Sequence record: MT713136.1
DNA: 64,000 nucleotides
Strand: one strand, 5' to 3'
Shown here: positions 17,679-27,693 of the stretch, one piece after another
Numbering within the stretch: the stretch's first letter is position 1
How the letters are laid out: each line of letters begins with the position of its first letter
Made by a program: the position numbers and the translations under genes
Notes under the pieces: generated by a model
What the model was told of the DNA's origin: nothing
The model's input: only the letters and a program-made list of their open reading frames with translations
The model's database searches: none

Positions 17679-18865
17679 CAATTCACGTTCCGTTGTTTAA
17701 CCTCAACAATACCCGTATGAGTGGTTGCGGTTGTGGTATTATCTGTTCCATTAGACCAGTTACCATCAACGGTAAACACCCCATTAGTCTTAATTAGATT
17801 AAAGTCACGAACACCACCAGTTACAGTGATTGCGTTGGGGCTATCACCAACACCAAGACCCATACCACCCACCGGCTGTTTGTTCAGAGAGGTATACATT
17901 TCAGCCCATGGCTGCCAAACACCGATATATTGACGACGAACCCATACACGATCTTGTGTATAAGAAAAGAATATTTGTGCATTTGCCCCATTACCCCAAC
18001 GAGTAACAAGAAGGGTTGACCCACTAGGACCAGTTCCGCCGTCGTTAGGAGTATTTTTTGTGTTGGCGAAAACACCATAGTTACCGGGCATAATTGCTTT
18101 ATCGCAATCATCTTCTGGTGGACGGTCATATACCGCCATTGCCTTTACTTCTTCCGCACTGGGCAAATTACCTTTATGGAAAATATCATAGTTTGTATTT
18201 CCATATGACACTTGAGGATTAACCCCAGTAGCCATATTAAATCTTACTTGAGTGAGAGGTGTACCATACCAACCACTAAAAGCAATTCGTTGGTCCGTAA
18301 CGTCTCTATCTACTTTACCACCTTGGAAATAAAGTAAGGAACCAGATGCAACTAGACGTTGTGCATATGTATTGGTAGCAGAATCATAAACTTCAACTTG
18401 ACCGTTGGACTTGATTCTATTTGCTTCAACCTGACCATTAACCATTAGGTTTCCAGTCATGGTATCACCATCTCTATTAACAGCTCGAACAGGCAAACCG
18501 TCAAGTTTTGTTTTGTCTTCTTTACTCATTGCCCCATGGGCGGTTTGTGTTGCGTTATTAATTGAAACTCGTGGACTTACACCAGTTGTAACGACGATTG
18601 GGAGAGTCCCTGTTACAGATTTCACTGATGTACTATCAAGATTATCAACATAACCTTTAATGGCAACTTCATTAGAATTGACAGGAGTTTTATATGTCAA
18701 TGTTCCGGTAAAGGTTTTAGCCCCACCAATAGATTGATTACTAACACTATCAATAACCTCATTACCATTATAAAACAGCTTAACGTCTTGTGGGGAAAAT
18801 GGTAGGTTAGTCTGTGTCCAAACTAATCCACCCCCAGCGGTAGACGAACTCTTAAGGTCTGCCAT
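17675..18865 (-). CDS. 36: Long tail fibre subunit, gp36-like N-terminus, 3'-truncated at a junction
   Basis: MADLKSSSTAGG.LVW.Q.NLPF.P matches the T4 gp36 start; K.YVD, GDTMTGNL and knob modules; CTAAATA upstream. Confidence 0.8.
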   Translation of the reverse strand: MADLKSSSTAGGGLVWTQTNLPFSPQDVKLFYNGNEVIDSVSNQSIGGAKTFTGTLTYKTPVNSNEVAIKGYVDNLDSTSVKSVTGTLPIVVTTGVSPRVSINNATQTAHGAMSKEDKTKLDGLPVRAVNRDGDTMTGNLMVNGQVEANRIKSNGQVEVYDSATNTYAQRLVASGSLLYFQGGKVDRDVTDQRIAFSGWYGTPLTQVRFNMATGVNPQVSYGNTNYDIFHKGNLPSAEEVKAMAVYDRPPEDDCDKAIMPGNYGVFANTKNTPNDGGTGPSGSTLLVTRWGNGANAQIFFSYTQDRVWVRRQYIGVWQPWAEMYTSLNKQPVGGMGLGVGDSPNAITVTGGVRDFNLIKTNGVFTVDGNWSNGTDNTTTATTHTGIVEVKQRNVNC

Positions 18866-19004
18866 TTTTAAATTCCTCTATTTTGAAATTGTTTCTACTC
18901 TTTTATTTAGGTTAATTTCTTTTCTGGTGGAACACTTTTCGTTAAACTTACTCAGGTAAAAGTCAATACCACAACGAGTTTCAACGATCTCTTTCTTTGC
19001 CATT

Positions 19005-19562
19005 TTAAGCCTTCTCTTTCCATTTTACAATTTTCTTTTCCATAGTAGAAAGGAAAAGATTTTCGATAGCTTGCTTGTTCATATCACCACAGGCAAGAGC
19101 GAACATATCCATAGCAGCAATAGCCAAATCTACAGCTTCACCGCGAATACCATCCTCACCCGGTTCCTTGTAAGACAAACCGTTTTCGATCTGTACCTCT
19201 AAAGACAATTCCCCGAGTTCTTCCATACATTTGGAGAGAACGTAATCATAGGATCGCTTTTTGGAAGTATCAACCCGACCAAGTTCAACCGAGGTAGTGA
19301 AGATGGTTGACAAGCTTGGCTCCGGTTCATATTCTTCCAAAATAATTTCTGGATCTGATGGGGCAGCGAAACACCATGCACCATGATCATAATAAGGATT
19401 TACCTGTTTACCATAACAATAAACGTCGCGAGTCCACAAATAACCATTTTGATCGTCGATGTAATGACATTCAATCACATCACCGGTAGATACGCCGAAT
19501 TCATCTGATGCATCTGCATGAATGTACACGATTTTATATTTCTTACCAAGTTCATATTTCAT
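19005..19562 (-). CDS. MazG-like NTP pyrophosphohydrolase fused to a variable N-terminal domain
   Basis: KCMEELGELS.E...GEAVDLAI MazG motif in the C-terminal half. Confidence 0.75.
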   Translation of the reverse strand: MKYELGKKYKIVYIHADASDEFGVSTGDVIECHYIDDQNGYLWTRDVYCYGKQVNPYYDHGAWCFAAPSDPEIILEEYEPEPSLSTIFTTSVELGRVDTSKKRSYDYVLSKCMEELGELSLEVQIENGLSYKEPGEDGIRGEAVDLAIAAMDMFALACGDMNKQAIENLFLSTMEKKIVKWKEKA

Positions 19563-19572
19563 TTTCTGATTC

Positions 19573-20109
19573 TCATTTATAAAGATGATCTAAGATTACC
19601 TTAGCCATTTGGTCTTTGTCAAGCTTAATCAACTTGTTGTAAAGTCGTTTACCAACTTCTATTTCAGGAGTGTATCCTTTCTCCCTGATCGTGTCAATCA
19701 GTTCTGGGAGAATTTTAATAATATCAATCCAGTTTTGAAGGATTTCTGTCGTACCATCAGCAAACTCGTCGGGTGTGATGATAGGATGCTCCATATCCTG
19801 TCTGTATGGCTTTGTGAGACGTTCCAGTTCTTGTGGGATAGAACCGTCCTCGAACTTGAATACAATTAGCTGGTGAGGCTTGTACGACGTTTTACGAGCT
19901 TGTTGTTTGATACGTTGATCTAAGAAGTTTGTGATACCTATTTTGAAAAACTCGTTTGTATCTTTATCGTAGTTTGTCCAGTTGGTTACGTAAAGGTATC
20001 CGGGTTTCACTGGTCTATATCCATATTCCGCACAAGAAGGACAACCACGATCACCATGAACAAGGTCATTATAAGAAATCTGATAATATCCGTGATGAGG
20101 ACACCACAA
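19573..20109 (-). CDS. Free-standing homing endonuclease (DUF723-type repeat plus GIY-YIG/T5orf172-like domain), probably N-truncated
   Basis: CPHHG...GCPSC, GYLYV...FKIGIT...RIKQQ. Confidence 0.7.
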   Translation of the reverse strand: MWCPHHGYYQISYNDLVHGDRGCPSCAEYGYRPVKPGYLYVTNWTNYDKDTNEFFKIGITNFLDQRIKQQARKTSYKPHQLIVFKFEDGSIPQELERLTKPYRQDMEHPIITPDEFADGTTEILQNWIDIIKILPELIDTIREKGYTPEIEVGKRLYNKLIKLDKDQMAKVILDHLYK

Positions 20110-20119
20110 ATATCCTTTT

Positions 20120-20140
20120 TAAAGTGGGGCTTTCGCCCCA
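20120..20140 (-). terminator. Hairpin / terminator after uvsX
   Basis: TGGGGC-GAAA-GCCCCA on the minus strand. Confidence 0.6.
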
Positions 20141-20146
20141 ATAATA

Positions 20147-21235
20147 TTAACCGAACAACTGGTCAACTTCATCAAACACTTCCTGAGATACTTCAACTGC
20201 TTTCAGTTTGTATGCATCAGACACAGCATCCATAAAAGGCTTATGAGAAAACATGGGTTTCCAGAATTCCAGAGAGTTGGAATCCTCTTCTGTCCATTTC
20301 TTTTCATCATCGGTGATCAGATACATCTCACCAGTTTCAAGGTCGAGATAATTGCGCTGATAACGTGCGTTTTGTGGTTTGGTAACAAAACCAAGCTCTT
20401 GTGCAATCTTTAGCAAACCTGAATATGTATTAATACCACCTTGGAAGGAAACTTGCAAGTCCAATTTGGATTTTTCTTTGATAGTTCGGCTCTTTTCCGC
20501 ATTCATAACAAAGTTATAACCCAACAGCTCTTTGCCATCTTTATCCTGTTGTTTACCAAGAATAATAACGGTGTCGGCGGAATACATCGGACCAGTGCCG
20601 CCACTCATAACAGTTTTACTGTACATCTCTTGGGTTTCGTATGTGTGGTTTACAGCAATACACGGAATGTCATTAACAGTCAGGTAAGGGGTAACCATAC
20701 GGAACAGACTCTTGATCTGCTTTGCTCGGGTCATATCCTGTGCAGACTTTTCATTCTTCGCATCTTCAAGTTCTTTCTTAGAAGCAACGTTACCGATAGA
20801 GTCAATATAGATAATAACCTTATCACCACGTTTGACAGCTTCCAGTTTCTTAACGATATCGAATTTAAGTTCTTCTACGTCAATAAACGGACAATGTACA
20901 ACCCGGTCAATATCTACACCTTGAGAAGTAAAATAATCAGGAGTAGAACCGAATTCATTATCAAAGAACAGACAAACTGCATCCGGATACTTACGAAGAT
21001 AAGCAGAAACCAGAACCAAACTCAGGTTAGATTTAAAGTGTTTAGACGGTCCGGCAATACAAGTTAGACCCGGCTTCAAACCACCATCAAGATGACCACT
21101 CAACATCAGGTTAATGATCGGGACACGAGTCCGGATTACATCCTTGTCGTTAAAGAAAACGCTATCGGATAGCATAGAACTCATTTTATTTGAGGAAGTA
21201 CCAGACAGACGTTCCAGAAGGGCACCAGTATTAAC
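20147..21235 (-). CDS. uvsX: RecA-like recombinase UvsX (true start uncertain)
   Basis: AGPSKHFKSN, FFDNEFG, IDSIGN, DMTRAK, NHTYET.EMYSK.VMSGGTGPMYSAD. Confidence 0.97.
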   Translation of the reverse strand, partial: VNTGALLERLSGTSSNKMSSMLSDSVFFNDKDVIRTRVPIINLMLSGHLDGGLKPGLTCIAGPSKHFKSNLSLVLVSAYLRKYPDAVCLFFDNEFGSTPDYFTSQGVDIDRVVHCPFIDVEELKFDIVKKLEAVKRGDKVIIYIDSIGNVASKKELEDAKNEKSAQDMTRAKQIKSLFRMVTPYLTVNDIPCIAVNHTYETQEMYSKTVMSGGTGPMYSADTVIILGKQQDKDGKELLGYNFVMNAEKSRTIKEKSKLDLQVSFQGGINTYSGLLKIAQELGFVTKPQNARYQRNYLDLETGEMYLITDDEKKWTEEDSNSLEFWKPMFSHKPFMDAVSDAYKLKAVEVSQEVFDEVDQLFG

Positions 21236-21316
21236 CGTTTTTGCTTTTGTTTGATTCCAGAACAAAAAAGTGTGGACACACATTAGGTGATGTAGTACCA
21301 TGTTCTTACTGACTGA

Positions 21317-21610
21317 TTGGAGATAGATATGAAAAACATTCGTGAAATTGCTGCTGAAATGAAAACCCTGCTGAACTCTCGTGGTTATGGTATCACTTCT
21401 GTTTTTGGTATGTATCTTGATAACAATGCTATGATGGTTATCAAAGGCCGTGAGTTGGAAAAGGTAGCGCGTGACTTTGCATTAGTTCGTGGTATTCATT
21501 CTATTGTTATCGCAGAAGAACTTTGCTATGATTCAGTTGACTTTGAAGACCCGACTAGTGAAGCTGAGTTGGTTCGTGTGTTGAAGTGCTGTATTGACTA
21601 TGTGGAGTAA
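21317..21610 (+). CDS. Hypothetical phage protein
   Basis: Co-oriented overlapping ORF cluster. Confidence 0.55.
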   Translation: MEIDMKNIREIAAEMKTLLNSRGYGITSVFGMYLDNNAMMVIKGRELEKVARDFALVRGIHSIVIAEELCYDSVDFEDPTSEAELVRVLKCCIDYVE

Positions 21611-21923
21611 GATTATGACTGCTGCTGAATTGGTAAAGGCTATTCGTGAGAAAGAACAAGCTCGTGTAGAACTTCGCAAGGGCATCGTGCAGGGGATTTA
21701 TGACGAGACGGTTGAATCCATGCTGAATCTAGATGAATTGGAAACAAACCTCAGTATCTATGATATTGAGCGTATTTGTAATGTTGAACTTGATGGGGTT
21801 ATGTTCTATGATCTTATCCGTGATGACATTATCCCGTTGTTTGTTGAGAATGGTTTCTCTGCTGTTTGGAATGAGGATGAAGGCGATAACCGTATTTTGA
21901 TTTGGGCACCTATTGGAGAATAA
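21594..21923 (+). CDS. Hypothetical phage protein
   Basis: Co-oriented overlapping ORF cluster. Confidence 0.55.
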   Translation: MTMWSKIMTAAELVKAIREKEQARVELRKGIVQGIYDETVESMLNLDELETNLSIYDIERICNVELDGVMFYDLIRDDIIPLFVENGFSAVWNEDEGDNRILIWAPIGE

Positions 21924-22206
21924 TATGAAAGTTATTGACTATATCAAAATGTATCCTAACGCTTATGCATGTGCTTGTGTTGAACGTTCGCACACTACTC
22001 CCAATTATGTTAACTATCTTAACCATTGTGCACTGGCTACCTTCATCAAGGCTGAGTCATGGGATAAGGTTGAGGAACTGATTAACAGCTCTGATTACTA
22101 TAAGCCTCTTGAGGGTGTTGTTTTGGCAGCGGCTGATTATATGGATGATGACAATGATGATCGCTGGAAAGCTTATGATGCATATCAATCGGGGGAAATT
22201 GTATGA
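21913..22206 (+). CDS. Hypothetical phage protein
   Basis: Co-oriented overlapping ORF cluster. Confidence 0.55.
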   Translation: MENNMKVIDYIKMYPNAYACACVERSHTTPNYVNYLNHCALATFIKAESWDKVEELINSSDYYKPLEGVVLAAADYMDDDNDDRWKAYDAYQSGEIV

Positions 22207-22574
22207 GAACATTAATTGTTGGTCTAACTTTGTTGTTGGTTGGGTGTATGCCTGTTGGGATTGTTAACACCTTTAGCTTTAAGGAATCCCCACATGGACA
22301 AATCTATAGATAACCTAAGAACGGAGATTAAATCTCTCCCAAATAAGGATTCTGTAGAAACTGCTCAACTGCGGGCAATGCTTTATAGTAAGGATCTTAT
22401 CGATGAGGTTAATAGGGGGAACCGAGTTGAATTGGAGAGACTTGAGAAGCGGATCAGTGAGATGGAAAACGCCAGAGTTGAGAAGAAAACTCAAACAAAA
22501 CGCGAGGACGGTTAAGTTGTCTAACGTGGGTCATGATGCAATTTGCTCATGGCCTTTTTTCTTTTAAAAAGGGG

Positions 22575-22604
22575 TTGACTCATGAAACTTGTGTGTAGTA
22601 TTAT
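22575..22604 (+). promoter_or_regulatory. Sigma70-like early promoter
   Basis: AAAAA UP element, TTGACT, then TGTAGTATTAT. Confidence 0.75.
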
Positions 22605-22636
22605 CTATCTCGTTGAGACACAAAAGAGGAATTACA

Positions 22637-23119
22637 ATGCTGAATGATCCTTACGAGTTGTTTTTTGATATGGATGGGGTGATGGCTGACTGGTGTCGTG
22701 CATTCGATGCTCGTTTTGGTGAGGGTGCGGCAGAACAGTTTGACAGTCTGAACAAAGAAGATAAGAATCTTATCAAAGAAGAACTGGCAAATGGTAATTT
22801 CTATCGTCATCTTCCGGTGATGGAAAAAGGGGTTTCTCTGGTTATTGAGATGGTTCGTAGTGGTCGCAAGGTAAGTATCTTAACCAGCGTCGGTCGTCAA
22901 AACCCAGAGAACGTAGTTCGCCAGAAGAAAGCTTGGGTCTCTTATGTATATCCTGCTGACGTCGCTGCGGTACTGTTAGAAAACTTCCATTATACCCTGT
23001 GTAGTGAAGACAAAGCCGCGTTTGCTCGTCCTAACGTTTGTCTGGTTGATGACCGTGCCAAGAGCCGCATCCCGTTCATCGCTGCTGGTGGTGTTGCTGT
23101 TGATATCGCTGACCTTTAA
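22637..23119 (+). CDS. HAD-family 5'(3')-deoxyribonucleotidase-like phosphatase
   Basis: [22 protein letters not shown]. Confidence 0.85.
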   Translation: MLNDPYELFFDMDGVMADWCRAFDARFGEGAAEQFDSLNKEDKNLIKEELANGNFYRHLPVMEKGVSLVIEMVRSGRKVSILTSVGRQNPENVVRQKKAWVSYVYPADVAAVLLENFHYTLCSEDKAAFARPNVCLVDDRAKSRIPFIAAGGVAVDIADL

Positions 23120-23261
23120 GAGGAATTAATTATGTTGGTAGAAAGTTTGTCTGTTGGTGTTGTTTGTCTTGGTCTAGCATATGGTCTTGACAAGTTTTTA
23201 GGAACTGGTATATTTTCTTGGAAAGAGAAAACCCCATCAAAACTGATGCGATCTAACGCAG

Positions 23262-23349
23262 ATCCAGGATTGAAACGCCGTACAGCCTTCATCAAACCTA
23301 TGTTTCCTTCCTGAATCAAATCAGCTTGTGGTAAACCATAGCCGGAAAA
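23262..23349 (-). other. rpoH: ~90-bp fragment of a bacterial rpoH-type sigma factor gene
   Basis: Translates to [28 protein letters not shown]. Confidence 0.85.
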
Positions 23350-23444
23350 GTCGTCGGTGAGGCATCGTGCGGTGAAGACGCCGTTAAGTGGTGTCGGGCA
23401 AATGCCGTTGACGTGGTGCTAATGGACATGAGTATGCCGGGCAT
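23347..23444 (+). other. uvrY: ~100-bp fragment of enterobacterial uvrY
   Basis: [32 protein letters not shown]. Confidence 0.85.
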
Positions 23445-23590
23445 GAGATTTTATACTTTGATTGCACTTGAAACTAAAAAGATTTGACTTCTAAATTCAT
23501 GTGTGGCTAAATAATATTTTGGGCTTTGCTTGTTTTTAGATGAGTGTTAGAAAGTCCACAATTCACCCCTTCCACTAAAAAGGATCGAAG

Positions 23591-24118
23591 ATGAAAAGTG
23601 GTAGTATATTAGTAGGGATCCTCCTACTTCTAACGTCGATATCGGCAAATGCTGTTATGTATGAAAACCGTGAACTAACGGATAATCAGATTTATACAAT
23701 TCAGCGAGCTTATGAGCTGGGAGAGTCTTCCGGTTATGGGCTTACACTGGCTGCTATTGCTCTCACTGAGAGTCGTGCAGGTAAATTTTTAATCAACAAT
23801 CGTACTGGTGATTATGGTGTGTTCCAGAACAACCTGAAATATACAGTTAAACGAGTTGAGCAGCTAACTGGCGCTAAGATGGGTTGGAGACAACAGCGAA
23901 AGCTAAGGTCTGAACTCATTAACAGTATGGAGAGTTCCGCAAACTATGCACTTATGGAGCTTGAGTACTGGAAGAAAATCCGAAATGGTGACTGGAAAAT
24001 GGTTGTTAAAAGCTATAATGCTGGATACAGCCCAAACAGTGCTGCTGGGATTGAATATTACGAACGGATTGCAAAAAACATCAAGTTTTTACGATCTTGC
24101 GGTTGCTATCGTCAGTGA
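23591..24118 (+). CDS. vs.1: Lytic transglycosylase (SLT fold), T4 Vs.1 homologue
   Basis: Signal peptide; LAAIALTES, YGVFQN, ELEYW, SYNAG. Confidence 0.85.
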   Translation: MKSGSILVGILLLLTSISANAVMYENRELTDNQIYTIQRAYELGESSGYGLTLAAIALTESRAGKFLINNRTGDYGVFQNNLKYTVKRVEQLTGAKMGWRQQRKLRSELINSMESSANYALMELEYWKKIRNGDWKMVVKSYNAGYSPNSAAGIEYYERIAKNIKFLRSCGCYRQ

Positions 24119-24130
24119 TATGAGTATAAT

Positions 24131-24166
24131 AGGTCTTGTCCTTCGGGATGAGACCTTTTTCTTTTT
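24131..24166 (+). terminator. Terminator with UUCG loop after vs.1
   Basis: AGGTCT.GTCC-TTCG-GGAT.AGACCT followed by a T run. Confidence 0.8.
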
Positions 24167-24364
24167 GGAGACTAGAAAACATGAGCGAACTAATTACTAT
24201 ATCAGTACTTACTATTGGTGGTCTTGTGTGGTATGGTTCCTGTGTTCTGGCTGCAAAAGTTCTGTCTGGCGATTTTGATAAGGAATAATGATATGATTCG
24301 TCGAGAAATGAAAATTCAGAATGTATATGTGTGTCGTTTGATTCGTTCTATTCAGATGGGTATC

Positions 24365-25195
24365 CGCATTAGCTATTGGACTACTGGCGTAGTTAACACC
24401 GAGTCGTCTATAATCCAAGCGATCAAGACCTTGTACTTCGCAAACCTCCAGCTTAGTGGTCTTGTTAGACACGTTAAGCGCAACGGTAACGTGAGGGTAC
24501 GCACCAGTTACGTCAATGTCGTCCGTGGAACCACGCCCCATTGATTTCCAGTCCTGGAGACCGGTATACAACGCTCTGCCATTGGCTTCGTTGAGTTCAG
24601 CATGAAGCAACGCAATCCAGTCACGAAGATCTGGCTTAAGTTCTTTGAACGGATCCTCTTTACGGCGACCAACAGTTCCCCAAACATAACCATTTTGTTT
24701 TGCAATGAATGACAACTTGTCAGAGATCATTGACGGTTGAGATTGATAGGAGCGAAGCTCAGAAGAAGTAACCAGAGACGGCAACGACAGTGAATAATCG
24801 TTAGTTGCTCGGTTAAGATCTTCGATAGTCCAGTTATCTCGGATGTTGTACATCGCATACAGATACGGTTCATGTTTGAGCATCCATTTGTGCCACTCAG
24901 CAGAACCAGCCTGGAGATGTGAACCTTTCTTCGTATACAACTTACCTTCGATACCTTCTGATTCAGCTGTGAACTGAAGGCTGTACGATTCACGTTTACC
25001 ACCCGGTGCACGTTTAATAGCATAGAACGACATGCCATCGAACCACTGCCATTTAGCGGGCGCTTGAACCACAGGGAATTTCTCGTGGTTATCCAACGGT
25101 GACTTAGAACCATCTACCTTCGTCTTAAACTGCCGACCAGGATAATAAAGATAATCTTGATAAGCACGTGGACAATCATCAACAAGGTTTTGCAT
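24365..25195 (-). CDS. phiKZ-like family B DNA polymerase (exonuclease / motif A part), fragment
   Basis: ESYSL, WH..M...P..Y..YNI.D, S..SY.SQP, DIDVTGAYP...NVS..TT.LE; abrupt rise in GC. Confidence 0.7.
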
Positions 25196-25274
25196 ATTCC
25201 GAAGGGTGAGCGTTTCTGTCAGATGGTGTTTATCCCTGTATTCAACCAGATCAAGAAACTGGGGTGAAGCATTA

Positions 25275-25975
25275 ATGTCCGAGCTGCCCTACAACGTTGT
25301 CTGGAAACCACACGACGGTTCGCAAACACTTGCTCTGTCTTGCCCTGCTGATGAAATACTATACCACGGAACTCGTGGACCTGGCAAGACTGACTCACAG
25401 CTCATGCGCTTTAGACAGCGCGTGGGCTTGGGTTATGGGAAGTATTGGAAAGGTATCATCTTTGACCGTGAATATAAGAACCTTGATGACTTGGTTACCA
25501 AATCTCAGCGCTGGTTCCCAGACTTCAATGATGGGGCCAAATTCCTAAGCTCAAAGTCTGATTACAAATGGGTTTGGCCCACTGGTGAAGAGCTGCTATT
25601 CCGTGTTGCAGCGAAGCCCGAAGATTATTGGTCGTACCACGGTCACGAGTACCCGTTTATAGGTTGGAACGAGCTGACTAAGTATCCTTCTTCTCTCGTT
25701 TACGACGCGATGATGTCTTGTAACCGGTCCTCGTTTCTCCCAGAAGATCACCCGCAAAAAGACAAAAACGGAAATATCTATTACCTGCCGAGAATTCCAT
25801 TGGAAGTGTTTTCAACCACAAACCCGTTCGGTGTGGGTCACAACTGGGTTAAAAAACGCTTCATTGACATTGCCCCGATGGGTAAGATTGTTGCGACCGA
25901 TACGACAGTATTTGACCCTAGGACACAGCAAGATATTGTGGTTACAACCACACGATGTCATATCTACGGGTCTTA
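25275..25975 (+). CDS. terL: Terminase large subunit, N-terminal ATPase fragment, from a third tailed phage
   Basis: YHGTRGPGKT, IGWNELT, STTNP.G.GH.WVK.RF. Confidence 0.88.
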
Positions 25976-25978
25976 TCT

Positions 25979-26355
25979 TCACTCCACCGAAACAACCAGA
26001 ATATATTGATTCTTCTGGGTTTAAAACTCTTGACGAATTAATTGAAGATGAAAAGAAGTTCGTTAAAGAAAAAATGAATTTGGAAACTACTAAAGATACC
26101 CAAGAACCGGATTTGACTTATGGTTTCAAGCCGAAAGTAAATCTTATTGGTGCTGTTGGTAACCAATACCTCAATTGCCCGTATTGGATTCTTGATTGGA
26201 TCCTTGAGAAAGGACCGTCTTGGAAGAGTATTATTGATACTCACGAACGCGAACCGGATAAAGCACTTCTGAAAACAGTTCTTTATTACATCCAGATTAA
26301 TGGTAGTGTGACATTGCGCGAGAGTCGTAATTCTCGTTTCCATACCATTTACTAA
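25979..26355 (+). CDS. inh: Inh (prohead protease inhibitor / minor head protein), C-terminal fragment
   Basis: LIG....CPYWILDWI...P.WK...YYIQINGSVTLRESRNS.F matches the T4 Inh C-terminus. Confidence 0.88.
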
Positions 26356-26360
26356 TATCT

Positions 26361-26387
26361 AGCCATCCTACGGGGTGGCTTTTTTTG
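26361..26387 (+). terminator. Rho-independent terminator
   Basis: AGCCATCC-TACG-GGGTGGCT followed by T7. Confidence 0.9.
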
Positions 26388-26437
26388 TATCCCTAAATAC
26401 CAATTGACCAAAATGGTCAATATAAGAAGGGTGTTTA

Positions 26438-26659
26438 ATGGAATACAATTTCATCGAAGTTAATGAAAATATTTTTGTTCTTACTGGATATTTCGGATCT
26501 TATAATTTGATTGAGAGATGGAAAAGACTTGAAGAAGATGACCATTTAATGATCGTGAAGATAAAGGAATATTTGGGGAAGGGGAATATTGTGGTTGTAC
26601 ATGATGTACAAGAAGATTTATTCGTTAAGCTAGATGGAGATAAATTTTACGTTTTTTGA
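26438..26659 (+). CDS. Hypothetical phage protein
   Basis: Downstream of CTAAATA; AAGGG RBS. Confidence 0.55.
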   Translation: MEYNFIEVNENIFVLTGYFGSYNLIERWKRLEEDDHLMIVKIKEYLGKGNIVVVHDVQEDLFVKLDGDKFYVF

Positions 26660-26768
26660 TTTCGTATTGTATCAGACATTACGAATGTTTTTAACTTTTA
26701 TACTTAGGTGGTCGAGAGATCACCTTTTTGTATCTTTTATATACAAAATAAAATAGTTTCACTTGTAA

Positions 26769-27530
26769 TCAAAGGTTGATATATTCATCTGTTGCATCCC
26801 AACGAATTGCACCAGTCATGATACCACCAGACAGATTAAGCTTTTTGTTAAGCTCTGTGTTTATCTGTGCAGTTGTTAATGTACCAACATCAGCGGCTGA
26901 CGGTTTGTTCCCAACATGATAGATATCATAATCTGTGTTATTAACTCTAACCTTTGGATTAATAGTACCAGAAGCTAATGTTAAACCAGATGGAGAACGT
27001 TCTATGTAGTAATCAGACCCACTACCAAGAGTCAATCTAGTTGTGTTACCAGAGTTAAATCTAACGTCGCCGGTTACAGTACCACCAGTTAAAGACAAAG
27101 CTCCAACGTCTGCGGAAGTAGGTTTAAACTCTTCGTTATAATCACGATACCATGGTTTCCATGCACCCGTATTATATTGAGCACGAGACCAAACCTCGGA
27201 TGAGTTATATACCCAATATTTTTGAATTACACCAGCAGAAGTAGTAACAATCAAGTTTCCGGCTTTTTCAACTGGATAGTTCAAACTAGTTAATGCTTTA
27301 GCGTTAGCAACTTGGCTATATATACCAGCGGTTTTAATATCGTTGAGGTTATCTGTATCTCTCAGTGTGATAATAGAACTAAAACCACCAAGAGCAACAC
27401 CATCAACATAAGCCTTGTTTGTTAAATGCATTGCTAAGGTTGGTGCTTGGTTATTTGAAATAGTACCATTTGGATTAAAGACAGTTTCACCAGTTACCGT
27501 TCCCGAACCATTTGGACGAACCACAACACC
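26769..27530 (-). CDS. Long tail fibre internal fragment (knob module plus repeats)
   Basis: DNLNDIKTAGIY, YP...AG.L.V, W.PW, KP.A.DVGAL, GGTVTG; same style as 17675-18865. Confidence 0.8.
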   Translation of the reverse strand, partial: GVVVRPNGSGTVTGETVFNPNGTISNNQAPTLAMHLTNKAYVDGVALGGFSSIITLRDTDNLNDIKTAGIYSQVANAKALTSLNYPVEKAGNLIVTTSAGVIQKYWVYNSSEVWSRAQYNTGAWKPWYRDYNEEFKPTSADVGALSLTGGTVTGDVRFNSGNTTRLTLGSGSDYYIERSPSGLTLASGTINPKVRVNNTDYDIYHVGNKPSAADVGTLTTAQINTELNKKLNLSGGIMTGAIRWDATDEYINL

Positions 27531-27557
27531 GAAGTCAAATCTTTTTAGTTTCAAGTG

Positions 27558-27665
27558 CAATCAAAGTATAAAATCTCTATAAGTATTTATATAGAAGATC
27601 TATAATTAGAAAGCGTGAGCGAAGCGAACAACGGCGAAGCCGTGTCTCACTACGTTCGCCGTTTA
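27558..27665. repeat. Dispersed structured intergenic element, copy 2
   Basis: AT core followed by GCGAAGC, ACGGC-GAA-GCCGT and CTCACTACGTTCGC. Confidence 0.9.
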
Positions 27666-27693
27666 GGGGTCTAAAATCTTATGTGGGGGATAT

